From a virus, in the IMG/VR virus record IMGVR_UViG_3300031951_000093, positions 15,994-79,993 of that record: a DNA stretch of 64,000 nucleotides; one strand, given 5' to 3'. Under the pieces are notes generated by a model. It was not told the origin of the DNA, did not search any database, and saw nothing but the letters and a program-made list of their open reading frames with translations. The translations under genes and the position numbers were made by a program. This document shows, in pieces, positions 44,990 through 54,152 of the stretch (position 1 is the first letter of the stretch; every line of letters starts with the position of its first letter).

Positions 44990-45874
44990 ATGCCACGCGG
45001 TCGCCGCCGTACTCAATACGTTAGGGACAACTCTGGTCGCTTCGCCTCGACTCCCGGAGGCGGCCCGTCCAAATCATCGCCAGCAGCCGTCAGGAAGGCC
45101 GCTAAGGCCGCTACGCTGAAGGGCGGCAGCCTGGCCGCTCGGACGAGTCTCAAGCGGTCCAAGGCTAAAATGGCAAGCATAGACAAGGCTGATCAGAGTC
45201 TTAAGACTTCACTCTCCAAGCGAGCGCAAAAAGGAGCAGTAACTCGCAGTCAAAAAGCCGCTCGTGCCGCGATCAAATCCAGTCGCAAGCGTATTGAACC
45301 AACAAGCGCAACGCTAAAGCGAAACAGGACGGTAAAAGGATTGCTTTTGGTTGGCATAAAAAGAAAAACTAAGTTGATCAAAGAGCTAACCGCTGCAAAA
45401 GAAAAGAGGCAACAAGAGAAAAAAACCGCCGCTAAAGTTAGCGCTGCAATCAAGAAAGGGCCTGTACCGTCAAAATTAAAATCAAAGACAGCGCCACCAC
45501 CCCCTCCGCCGTCAATATCTAAAAAGTCAAACGATGGCGAACCTGTATTAGTCCAAAAAGAATCTAAAGCCCCTGGATACAAAATACCAAAACCCCCTGC
45601 TGGATATAAAGCATCAGAATCGCCTAGCAAGACGCCATCCAAGGGACGGAGAATGGAGGCACGCATTTCTACTATTAGAACAAACCGATTAAGGAAAGAT
45701 GGATCGCCAGATCGACAATGGAAAGCGTATCAAACCGAAAAGCGAGCGGCAGAATTCTTGAGAGCTGCCGCTAGATTTGCCGAGCGAAAGGGTATTAGCC
45801 TAGATCAGGCATTGCGAAGCGGCCCAAAAAATAGCACGGCAAAAAGCAGGAAAAAGAAAAGAAATAGGTCTTAA
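44990..45874 (+). CDS. highly basic protein, paralog 2
   Basis: MPRGRRRTQYVRDNSGRFAS... Confidence 0.8.
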   Translation: MPRGRRRTQYVRDNSGRFASTPGGGPSKSSPAAVRKAAKAATLKGGSLAARTSLKRSKAKMASIDKADQSLKTSLSKRAQKGAVTRSQKAARAAIKSSRKRIEPTSATLKRNRTVKGLLLVGIKRKTKLIKELTAAKEKRQQEKKTAAKVSAAIKKGPVPSKLKSKTAPPPPPPSISKKSNDGEPVLVQKESKAPGYKIPKPPAGYKASESPSKTPSKGRRMEARISTIRTNRLRKDGSPDRQWKAYQTEKRAAEFLRAAARFAERKGISLDQALRSGPKNSTAKSRKKKRNRS

Positions 45875-45907
45875 CGGGAAAGCTACAGTATGTAACCCAA
45901 TCTTCTC

Positions 45908-47068
45908 ATGCCACGCGGTCGCCGCCGTACTCAATACGTTAGGGATGCTTCAGGGCAGTTTGCCTCGACTCCCGGCGGTGGCCCGTCCAAATCCTCACCA
46001 TCGGCCGTCAGGAAGGCCGCTAAGGCCGCTGCCTTGAAGGGTGGCACGTTAGCCGCTAGAACCTCCCTAAAGAGATCCAAGGCCAAGCTAGCAGCATCTC
46101 CCAGTCCCCAGCAAAAAGGCGCCGTAACTCGTGGACAAAAAGCCGCCCGCGCTGCGATCAAATCCAGCAAAACAAGGCTAAAAACAGGCTCAGAGTCTAA
46201 ACTTCGCAAGGGTCTGGCAACAACTCTTTTGACGATGGCGAAGAGCAAGCCCAAAGCGAAACCTGTTGAAGCAAAATCTACCACAAAAGCAAAATCTACT
46301 GCTAAAGCAAAGCCCACTACAAAAACAAAGAAGACCACCACTAAAGCGCAGCCTACGCAGAAAAAAGTAGAAACAAAGCCTAAAACATCAAAGAAAGTAG
46401 AAGTAAAGCAAGTCGATAAAAAGCCGCTGGCCAGGAAGGAGAATCTTGCCGCACAACGCGCTAAGCGAATGGCAGAAAAAACAGGAGTGATTCCTGGCAG
46501 CAAGTTTGAAAGTGGCCAGGCCGTTAAAACAATGAGCCTGAAGGAAATGCGTAGTGCTGTGATTAAGTCTGTCAAAGGAGCAGGCAAGCTTTCAATGGCC
46601 GCAATTGCGGTTGGGGCTGGCACGGGAACAGGTATATCGAGGATAGAATCAGGCCGAATGCCCAAGACGCGCAGTGAGTGGGAAAGGGCCTATCGCGCTT
46701 TGGTAAGGCTGCCCATGAGTGACAGGGGAAGAAAAGAGAAGCCTGGTGTTATCAACGGCATTGATATTCACAAAAACTTTAGGCCATGGGCTGTTTTTGG
46801 ATTGAACCCCAAGACGGCAAGTAAGGCTGATGTAGAACAAGCCTACCGAAGGATAGCAAAAAAGGTGCATCCTGATGCTGGTGGTCGTCAAAAAGATTTT
46901 GAACGGATTAAGTCTATGCGTGACTCGATCGTTTCAATGAGAAACATAGGTGAACAGATGAAGATCGACGCCAAAAAAAGTAGCCCTAAAACTAGCTCAA
47001 AAGCCAAGAAAAAATCTCAATCTAGAGCCAGGCCTTCTATGCTAATGCTGCCGCCATCCAGATCGTAA
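45908..47068 (+). CDS. highly basic protein, paralog 3, with C-terminal J-domain
   Basis: PWAVFGL...DVEQAYRRIAKKVHPDAGG...FERI. Confidence 0.85.
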   Translation: MPRGRRRTQYVRDASGQFASTPGGGPSKSSPSAVRKAAKAAALKGGTLAARTSLKRSKAKLAASPSPQQKGAVTRGQKAARAAIKSSKTRLKTGSESKLRKGLATTLLTMAKSKPKAKPVEAKSTTKAKSTAKAKPTTKTKKTTTKAQPTQKKVETKPKTSKKVEVKQVDKKPLARKENLAAQRAKRMAEKTGVIPGSKFESGQAVKTMSLKEMRSAVIKSVKGAGKLSMAAIAVGAGTGTGISRIESGRMPKTRSEWERAYRALVRLPMSDRGRKEKPGVINGIDIHKNFRPWAVFGLNPKTASKADVEQAYRRIAKKVHPDAGGRQKDFERIKSMRDSIVSMRNIGEQMKIDAKKSSPKTSSKAKKKSQSRARPSMLMLPPSRS

Positions 47069-47070
47069 TC

Positions 47071-47541
47071 ATGGCAACACCCTTTGCTCAGTTCCCTGGA
47101 ATGCGCATGGTTTGGCGGCGGCCAACGGATGCCCCCGCTGATCTGCGCGAAGGCATCAGGCCAGCGTTTGATACGGTTGTACTGGAAGCCTATGTTGACA
47201 CCAGCGGGCCTAGCAGTGAGCAGCCCCTGGGCGGGCAGCATATTGGATCCGCTAGCGTGGAGGGCAATATCACGCGATGGGCTGTGCTGCCATCGGGAGC
47301 AGATTGGCTGGATGCCGGATCATCGTGGTCATGGGATGATTCGGGGCTGAGACCAGCAGGGTTGCCGAGGGGGGAGAAAATGGCGGCCTTTTTGGGTGCT
47401 GTTACAAGCCTTCCTGATCTAGGCGACGGTGAAGTTGGGTGGTTGACTATTGCTACGATGTCCAGCGAAGGCGGAATTGATGGTATCGTAAGGCAGTTTG
47501 CGGGTGATGAATTTACCGGCACATTTGCAGCAGGAAGATGA
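47071..47541 (+). CDS. putative head-closure/neck protein
   Basis: position. Confidence 0.5.
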   Translation: MATPFAQFPGMRMVWRRPTDAPADLREGIRPAFDTVVLEAYVDTSGPSSEQPLGGQHIGSASVEGNITRWAVLPSGADWLDAGSSWSWDDSGLRPAGLPRGEKMAAFLGAVTSLPDLGDGEVGWLTIATMSSEGGIDGIVRQFAGDEFTGTFAAGR

Positions 47542-48038
47542 AGGCAACGACAAGAGTTAAAGGTGTTAAACTAAACGCATCATTTACCGCAAAAACAAAT
47601 CTTGCTGCTGAACGTGCGGCGGCATTTGTGTTTCCTGAAATCAATTCAGCATTCATGGCTGCAATGGGCGCCGAAGTGTGGCAATGGCCGCGCAAAACAA
47701 GGCGCAGCGGTAGTCGCACAAAAGAAGGCAAAAAAACGCCTGGCATTATTGTTGGCAGTCCGCGTAATATCGTAGATCTTGGTACGCTAAGAGCATCAGG
47801 TTATTATACAATATCTGGAACATTATGCACATTCAAATGGCCCGTAGTTTATGCTACAGCAGTGCACAATGGCGCCAGAATTCACCCGTGGGGAAACAAA
47901 AAGTTGCCGCTGGTAACTCTACCTCCAAGGCCTTGGACATCTGCTGTATTGGGCACAATTGCAGTGCCTGGCGTTGAGAAGTATCCTTATGGTAAGATGT
48001 TTAAGTTAGCGTTCATTTCTGCCTACCGTAAGCTATGA
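47538..48038 (+). CDS. putative tail completion protein (HK97 gp10-like)
   Basis: RNIVDLGTLRAS, YATAVHNG, PPRPW. Confidence 0.65.
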   Translation: MKATTRVKGVKLNASFTAKTNLAAERAAAFVFPEINSAFMAAMGAEVWQWPRKTRRSGSRTKEGKKTPGIIVGSPRNIVDLGTLRASGYYTISGTLCTFKWPVVYATAVHNGARIHPWGNKKLPLVTLPPRPWTSAVLGTIAVPGVEKYPYGKMFKLAFISAYRKL

Positions 48039-48805
48039 CAATCGACTTGATTCCCTGGGAGCAGGCTCCAAATGAAAAGCTAGAACCTGCAGAGATAAAG
48101 TGGAATGGAGGCATGTTTCTTGTGCCGCGATTAGGATATATGACACCAAATGAATTAACAAAAATCAGAGAGATTGATCCTGATAATGAAATCTATCGAA
48201 TGACATTGGACGCTACCGCGACAATGCACAAGGCGATGGAGGCGAATGAATATCACAGCTTACCGCTTGAACATCAGCTTTTTTTGATGCTTAGTACAAT
48301 TCATTTTGAACACAAAGGTGTTAGATCACTGGGTTTTGAAACTAATCCATTAAGAGAAGAGATTGAAACGAATTACAGAGAAATTCTTGATAATTATATT
48401 GCCTCAATTAGTGAACTAGAAAGGCGCGTTATGGTGCGCAGTGCAACCGTAATGATGCAAAGAATTGGGCCTGAATGGACAGATGAGGCAACTGCTGAGT
48501 TTCCCGAAGCAATACTTCTTTCTTTGTATTCACTGCAACAACAAGAGGAATATACAGGTAGAAACGAAGATCCTGCAGAGCAGCGCCGAGCGATTGAGGA
48601 AGACCTAAAAAAGTTGCAAGCGGCGGTGCGGTCAATTGTGGCCGCACGGACTGGGTTGAAGCCTACTGGGAATGCCGCAGATTATGGCCACATGCTACAG
48701 AATTTGAGCGAAGTAGCTTTGGAAGCCTCCCCGCCCCCTACGTCTCCGAAGCCCTTAAAAGAGGCTACAAAAACGAACGGGAAAGGCTTCACCGAGAAGA
48801 GTTGA
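48035..48805 (+). CDS. tail assembly chaperone (G-like)
   Basis: slippery A AAA AAG at 48607-48613. Confidence 0.7.
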   Translation: MTIDLIPWEQAPNEKLEPAEIKWNGGMFLVPRLGYMTPNELTKIREIDPDNEIYRMTLDATATMHKAMEANEYHSLPLEHQLFLMLSTIHFEHKGVRSLGFETNPLREEIETNYREILDNYIASISELERRVMVRSATVMMQRIGPEWTDEATAEFPEAILLSLYSLQQQEEYTGRNEDPAEQRRAIEEDLKKLQAAVRSIVAARTGLKPTGNAADYGHMLQNLSEVALEASPPPTSPKPLKEATKTNGKGFTEKS

Positions 48806-49287
48806 CTACCGCTCAGCTTGCGCTAATTCACGCAGAATCTAATCGGAATAAAGAAGTAAGAAGTGAGCCGTTTGATTTGAATGATTTTTGCTTCTTTAAT
48901 GAAATAGAAGAAAAACCAAAACCACCTAGTGCAGCTGGTGCAGCCTTGCTAGCGCTATTGGATCAAGATTTGCTGCCGGCCTTTGCATTTAATGGCCCAT
49001 GGCTTGAAGATCTAGCACGCGAAGGCAAGGGCATTGATCCGCCGTCTAGGCTGTGCTGGGCATCAGAGGATGCGATCCTGCTGGCGCCGTGGAGAGTCAG
49101 CCACGAAGAATGGGGAGGGATGTTGATAGCAATGCAAAGCGCTAATGATGCGGTGCGAACATTTTATGATGAGAAAGGCGCGTCTGTCACTTTAAGAATC
49201 CCCGAAAATGTTGTTCCCAAAAATGCGTTTAGCGCCGCTGACGGTAATGCCATTCTAATGATAGCAAGACGGGAAAACTTACAGTAG
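48613..49287 (+). CDS. -1 frameshift extension of tail chaperone (GT-like)
   Basis: -1 frame open from slip site (VASGG..DWVEAYW..LHREELTTAQL) to 49287. Confidence 0.7.
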   Translation, partial: VASGGAVNCGRTDWVEAYWECRRLWPHATEFERSSFGSLPAPYVSEALKRGYKNERERLHREELTTAQLALIHAESNRNKEVRSEPFDLNDFCFFNEIEEKPKPPSAAGAALLALLDQDLLPAFAFNGPWLEDLAREGKGIDPPSRLCWASEDAILLAPWRVSHEEWGGMLIAMQSANDAVRTFYDEKGASVTLRIPENVVPKNAFSAADGNAILMIARRENLQ

Positions 49288-49308
49288 AAAACTTTCAATT
49301 GACAAATC

Positions 49309-50169
49309 ATGACCACATCAGTTGCTTACACTCCTATTGTGGACAGGCAGCATTATATTGTGCCCATGCGAATGTCTTCTATTGTGCTGGAAGACGCTGC
49401 AATTGCCGCCGCGAACCAAGGAGCGCTGCTTAGCGACTGGATGGATGTTTCCAGTGTTATTTCTGGCGTCAAAGCAGTAACTTATTCTGGTAGTGGCAGC
49501 ACTTTTGAAGTCTTCATTGCCCCAGAAACTTTCACCATCACAAATGTTGCGCGAGCAACTGGTGTTGTTACGCTTACATTTTCAGCTAATCCCACTGGAA
49601 AGATTGCCGTTGGTGATTTTGTGAAAGTTGCTGCCACAACTAACACATCTGTTAATGGCACAGTTGAAGTCAAGACTGTTACTTCTACTGGCATTACCTA
49701 TGATCTGGCCGGGTCTAACATTACTGCGGTTGCTGATACGGGATCCGTCACCAGCGGCGCCTATCCCCTTGATGGGAATAGTAAACCCATCATGCTGAAT
49801 AACATCACTGGAGCACCATTTTCGACAAGCACGAATACAGAATCGGTCATCACTGATGATGCCGCTACGCTGGGCAATGCCGTCACAGTGGCGCTTACCG
49901 ATAGTCGAACCGCCGCCGTTAAAGGCATGACGGTGCATCGCGGAGTGGATCACAAGATCATGCAATTGTTCGACGCCTTCGGCACGTCTGAACAGCTCGC
50001 ATTCAAATATCTGCGCGTCGGACCCGGTGGCACTAGTGAAAAGCTGTTGTGCTATGCTCAGCTTTCTTCAATCTCTGAGGATGGCGATAGCGGCACGCTG
50101 CAGAAATTTAACGCCACAATGACCGTGCTGGGCCGCACTTACAAGATCTTTGATAATACTGCGGCCTGA
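49309..50169 (+). CDS. major tail tube protein
   Basis: T/S/G-rich, late motif upstream, terminator downstream. Confidence 0.7.
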   Translation: MTTSVAYTPIVDRQHYIVPMRMSSIVLEDAAIAAANQGALLSDWMDVSSVISGVKAVTYSGSGSTFEVFIAPETFTITNVARATGVVTLTFSANPTGKIAVGDFVKVAATTNTSVNGTVEVKTVTSTGITYDLAGSNITAVADTGSVTSGAYPLDGNSKPIMLNNITGAPFSTSTNTESVITDDAATLGNAVTVALTDSRTAAVKGMTVHRGVDHKIMQLFDAFGTSEQLAFKYLRVGPGGTSEKLLCYAQLSSISEDGDSGTLQKFNATMTVLGRTYKIFDNTAA

Positions 50170-50187
50170 TAATTGCGGGCAAAAGCC

Positions 50188-50216
50188 AAGCCTTCGGCCA
50201 GTCCGAAGGCTTTTTT
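50188..50216 (+). terminator. rho-independent terminator
   Basis: AAGCCTTCGG-ccagt-CCGAAGGCTT + T run. Confidence 0.85.
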
Positions 50217-50224
50217 GTGTCTTG

Positions 50225-51352
50225 TTATTGCTTGACTTGAATCGGCATGATCAAATACGTGGACAAGTTATCATCACTATCTGAATCTGTAATTACTGCT
50301 GGAGTTACAGGTGTATTGCAGCTTAATACAATTCGTTCGCATTTCAATGCTTTAACAGCATCTGTTAGATATTTCACGTTAAACGCTATTTCAAGCGGCT
50401 TACCTTCTAGATCCATGGCAAGCTGCTCGGACGCCTTCCCGCCATCCGCATCAGCTCGAATGGACATCATGCCCTGCTCATCGTTAAAGGCGATCCTGAC
50501 GGCATTGCTACCGTTGGATGCCATGGCCGCAATAGTGCCGACTCGGCCCAGGGAAAGAGCAAAAGCTTTTCGATCAATTATCACTGATGTTGTAAAGCTT
50601 TTTGGAATCAACTGCTCAACATTGGGATATGCCCCAGCAAACGATCGCGTAGTAATAGTTGTTGCGCCAGACTTTATGATTAATTGATCGCGAAATTTAG
50701 ATGGCGTAATGCTAATCTCTTCATCAGAAAGCCCAGCTATCTCCTTCATTGGAGCGATTGGAATTGTTAGATCAAGATCAGCAAGTGCATTAATTTTGTC
50801 ACTAGGCACGGCAAATGCTGCAACGCCAAGGCGATGGCCATCGGTGGCGGCGCAGCGAATTGTATTGCCAATTGTTTTAATGTTAACCCCCATCAAGATC
50901 TGTTTTGCTTCATCAGTGCTGCAACAAAAAGATACACTACTGGTAATCTTGTTTAACTCTGCCGCTGGCAGCAAAATTGAATCACCCTGAATAACAGGAA
51001 AATCAGGAAAATCAATCGGATCTGACGCTGACAGCTCGTAATTCCCTGACAATGACGATATGGTAAACCTTTCTTCTTCTAGGGAGAGAGATACAGGGCT
51101 GTCAGATGGAAGCTTTGATACAATCTCGTGCAAAAGCTTGTAATTCACAGCGGTAGATCCTGGCTGACCAACTTGCGCCAGAATCTTGGTCTCAATACCA
51201 AGATTCAAGTCAAATCCTGTTAGGATCAGCGATCCTTCTTCTGCCTTGAGCAAAACATTGGTCAGGATTGGGTGGCTGGCTCGACTGGGGACGGCACGTC
51301 CGCAGGCGGTTAGCGCACGGGAGAACTCAGCCTGTGAAACGATCAATTCCAT
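50225..51352 (-). CDS. dnaN: DNA polymerase III beta sliding clamp
   Basis: HPILTNVLL, TGFDL, AATDGHRL, YPNVEQLIP, IAFNVKYL, YLIMP. Confidence 0.95.
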   Translation of the reverse strand: MELIVSQAEFSRALTACGRAVPSRASHPILTNVLLKAEEGSLILTGFDLNLGIETKILAQVGQPGSTAVNYKLLHEIVSKLPSDSPVSLSLEEERFTISSLSGNYELSASDPIDFPDFPVIQGDSILLPAAELNKITSSVSFCCSTDEAKQILMGVNIKTIGNTIRCAATDGHRLGVAAFAVPSDKINALADLDLTIPIAPMKEIAGLSDEEISITPSKFRDQLIIKSGATTITTRSFAGAYPNVEQLIPKSFTTSVIIDRKAFALSLGRVGTIAAMASNGSNAVRIAFNDEQGMMSIRADADGGKASEQLAMDLEGKPLEIAFNVKYLTDAVKALKCERIVLSCNTPVTPAVITDSDSDDNLSTYLIMPIQVKQ

Positions 51353-51534
51353 TGAGATGGGAGCGAATAGAAGTGGGGGTGGGGCTGATCAGGACCAGCA
51401 ATGAAGGCCCGGATCTGATCACTGTGAACACGAGCCACCCATGCCGAAACAGGCATGGTGACTATCAAAAAGCCTAGCAGCATCTGCCAGTGAATTTTGG
51501 ATTGTGTCTTTATGTAACGGCGTGAGCGCGTCAT
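51343..51534 (-). CDS. small membrane protein
   Basis: TM segment, ATGA coupling. Confidence 0.5.
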   Translation of the reverse strand: MTRSRRYIKTQSKIHWQMLLGFLIVTMPVSAWVARVHSDQIRAFIAGPDQPHPHFYSLPSQWN

Positions 51535-51869
51535 AGCGAAGCCAGCAGGCAAGAGTGTAGGTAATTGATAGTATTTTCGCGTGCATTATTGGCAATTTGT
51601 TGATCAATAGCATTAAGCACTGTGGTCTTGACTGAATCAATAAAGACCTTTGGAGTGCTCGCTATATTAATACCTAAAACCTGATGCAACGAAATATCGC
51701 TTAATTTAACAGTATCAACACGACTTACAAGACCACAAGCTCCTTCGATGCAAAATTTATGGCTAATACCTGGCAAATCTCCGATCTCAATAAGCCAATC
51801 AACTTCCATGGATTTATTTCTCCAGCACAAAGGGCCAATTACGCCATGGTCTGAGGTGATCTCAATCAT
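51531..51869 (-). CDS. hypothetical protein
   Basis: coupled ORF. Confidence 0.6.
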   Translation of the reverse strand: MIEITSDHGVIGPLCWRNKSMEVDWLIEIGDLPGISHKFCIEGACGLVSRVDTVKLSDISLHQVLGINIASTPKVFIDSVKTTVLNAIDQQIANNARENTINYLHSCLLASL

Positions 51870-52527
51870 GTGCAGTACGGGGGTGTTGTTTGGTTTTGCC
51901 CGATCGAAAATGCCGAGCACGCTTAAATGTTAGACCAAGGCACGCTATGGTTTCTCCAGTTACAATAGAATGCTGGATTCTACTTGCGGAAACATTTAAG
52001 TGACTAGCTGCTATTGATGCGCTACTCCATTCCTGACCAGTCTCCACGCATGTCACCGTGTAAAGCGACTTCTTTGGACAAGACAAGTAATCTTTTATTG
52101 AATCAATAACATCCATGTCTTCTATTACCGCATACAAGTCATCACGCGAAACACCATGAAATAGTTCTGGGCGTAAACGCGCCAGTCGCGCTAGATTCTT
52201 TCTTTCGACATACCAAAAACAATGCTTGACGGGCTTAAGAATGGCTTTTGTGTCAGTCTTTTTTGTTAGCTGCTCAATAGACCATCTGCTCCATTTAAGC
52301 ATTCTTCCTGCATCAACTAATCTAATAATTGATGAATCCTCCACCATTATTGAAAGGCTTAGTTCTTCGCATTTATTCGTGATTGAATAACGTGTCCTTG
52401 TTGGCCACTTGCGCCGCCTTGCTGTTTGATTGTATCGTTTTATAGCGGAACAAAACGGGTACTCGCCAATGATTGACCGCAGGTAGTCAACTTCTTGTGT
52501 TGACCATTTGAATACTTTCTTTCCCAT
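51862..52527 (-). CDS. DNA-binding protein with NUMOD1-like C-terminus
   Basis: WSTQEVDYL; VTCVETGQEWSSASIAASHLNV. Confidence 0.6.
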   Translation of the reverse strand: MGKKVFKWSTQEVDYLRSIIGEYPFCSAIKRYNQTARRRKWPTRTRYSITNKCEELSLSIMVEDSSIIRLVDAGRMLKWSRWSIEQLTKKTDTKAILKPVKHCFWYVERKNLARLARLRPELFHGVSRDDLYAVIEDMDVIDSIKDYLSCPKKSLYTVTCVETGQEWSSASIAASHLNVSASRIQHSIVTGETIACLGLTFKRARHFRSGKTKQHPRTAHD

Positions 52528-52530
52528 GGC

Positions 52531-53289
52531 TTAATTAAACACCCATGCCCAGCCACTGTTGGGACCTTCAACAAGCCAACGTGGATTCATGTTTTTGTAG
52601 CTATAATGTAATCTCATGCCATGAATACCTCCAGCTTTAACAAAGCCACCATTAACCAGATCTTGTTCGCCATAGGGATCATGCACAATCCATCCTTTTT
52701 CAGTGTATCCAATAATAGTAATATAATGACCACCGCCAGTGGGCCTTGTCACGGGACCATTGTGTAACATTCCAATGGCAACGGGACGACCATTGCTAAT
52801 TTCCTGCTTGACCATATCTGCCGAGCAATTTGTGATGAAACGATGCTTGACACCCAGATGATGCAAAGCGTTTTGAACACTTGCCTGATTTGTTACATCA
52901 CCATATTGCTTGACTAACTTAACAAAATAATTATCATCGACAATCCCGGGTTCATCTTGTTTTTTGACCTTCAAATAGTTTAGGCACATAGATATTGACG
53001 TAGGCTGACATTCTCTCCATCCTTCAGGGCCATTATCGCCCTGGGCAAAATAATGAACTATCAACGGATTCGGAAAGCTTGGCGATGGCGCTGGCGGGGC
53101 CGGGGGGACAGAGGGAGAAAAGGCCTTAGCCCATGGTGCGTCTTCCCTAAGAATTTGATCCGCAGAAGCACCATCTTTGATTGCTTGATACAGCAATCGA
53201 ACGCCATCTTTCTGATGGCTTAGATTTGAATAGGCTTCAAAGCGATCTAAAAACCGCTCAAATGACAATGACATGTTCATAGGTTCCAC
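52531..53289 (-). CDS. C39-like peptidase, probable endolysin
   Basis: YFAQGDN..WRECQPTS, GGGHYITIIGY, HDPYG. Confidence 0.8.
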   Translation of the reverse strand: MEPMNMSLSFERFLDRFEAYSNLSHQKDGVRLLYQAIKDGASADQILREDAPWAKAFSPSVPPAPPAPSPSFPNPLIVHYFAQGDNGPEGWRECQPTSISMCLNYLKVKKQDEPGIVDDNYFVKLVKQYGDVTNQASVQNALHHLGVKHRFITNCSADMVKQEISNGRPVAIGMLHNGPVTRPTGGGHYITIIGYTEKGWIVHDPYGEQDLVNGGFVKAGGIHGMRLHYSYKNMNPRWLVEGPNSGWAWVFN

Positions 53290-53416
53290 AGTGAAACTGT
53301 CTCCCAGCCGAGAGAGTGAAGTCGTTCGAGTTCTGATTGCTCAGATCCTGGCGACACATCATAGACTACAGGCAATCCTACCGCTAGAGGGGGCGGATTA
53401 ACAGGTTCTTCACAAA

Positions 53417-53608
53417 TCAGTCTAATTTGATCGTGCATGGCGCCTTGGGGAGTGATTGTCTCATGGCCCATAGCGTAGCAGCCTTCTGGGCGTGCCATGC
53501 TTGCGCGAGCTGAGCGCATAGGCTCCGCAAGTTTTCAATGTCTGGCTCTTCCTGAATAACGCGCAACTGTCTCTCAAGTTCAAATTTTTGCGACAATGAC
53601 AATTCCAT
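53417..53608 (-). CDS. nblA: phycobilisome degradation adaptor NblA-like
   Basis: ELSLSQKFELER...LRSLCAQLAQAWHAQKAATLWAMRQ resembles picocyanobacterial/phage NblA. Confidence 0.75.
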   Translation of the reverse strand: MELSLSQKFELERQLRVIQEEPDIENLRSLCAQLAQAWHAQKAATLWAMRQSLPKAPCTIKLD

Positions 53609-53631
53609 TGAAAATCTTGCATTGCCTTGCC

Positions 53632-53680
53632 ATATTACTCGAAATATCCTAAAATAAACCGATCTGTAACAATTTGAAAA
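53632..53680 (-). promoter_or_regulatory. HLR1-like repeat + -10 promoter upstream of nblA
   Basis: TTTTCAAA-TT-GTTACAGA, TAATAT at 33 nt. Confidence 0.65.
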
Positions 53681-53688
53681 ATTAACAC

Positions 53689-54120
53689 ATGGCGCAACCT
53701 ATTAACTCGTATGAAATTTTCGATCTTCTTGCTGATGACGAGGAAATCACGGATCTAATCGGAGTGCATCGCCTCCGCGATGGATCCACTAGGCCAGCGC
53801 TGGCCCACCTATTCCCGAATGAAGCCATTGAGCCTACCACAACAGCCGAAGGTGTTGAAATAATTGTTTACAGGTCACCACAGGGCACGATGACGAAGAT
53901 AGCGGAAACAGGGCAAATACAAGTCATGCCAACTTTTCGCCTTTCCGTAACACAATGGGAGCCATCTTCTGGGGGATTCAATCAAGATGCTGTAATTAAT
54001 AGGATTCTTTACTTATTGCCTGGCGCTAACGCATCAGATGTAACCATAGAAGACTTTACATCAGGACTTCAACAGCACACAATTACCTGGCTTTGCCATG
54101 CGGCGGTGCTCGAAGCATAA
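53689..54120 (+). CDS. putative tail terminator
   Basis: acidic 143 aa, IFDLLADDEEITDLIG start, position. Confidence 0.55.
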   Translation: MAQPINSYEIFDLLADDEEITDLIGVHRLRDGSTRPALAHLFPNEAIEPTTTAEGVEIIVYRSPQGTMTKIAETGQIQVMPTFRLSVTQWEPSSGGFNQDAVINRILYLLPGANASDVTIEDFTSGLQQHTITWLCHAAVLEA

Positions 54121-54152
54121 AACGGGAAAACTAGGCATATCGTAGTCGTCGC

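Noticed and set aside
38333-46665. Long hydrophobic minus-strand ORFs (38555, 45250, 45931, 42731)
   Set aside because: Shadows of Lys-rich plus-strand genes.
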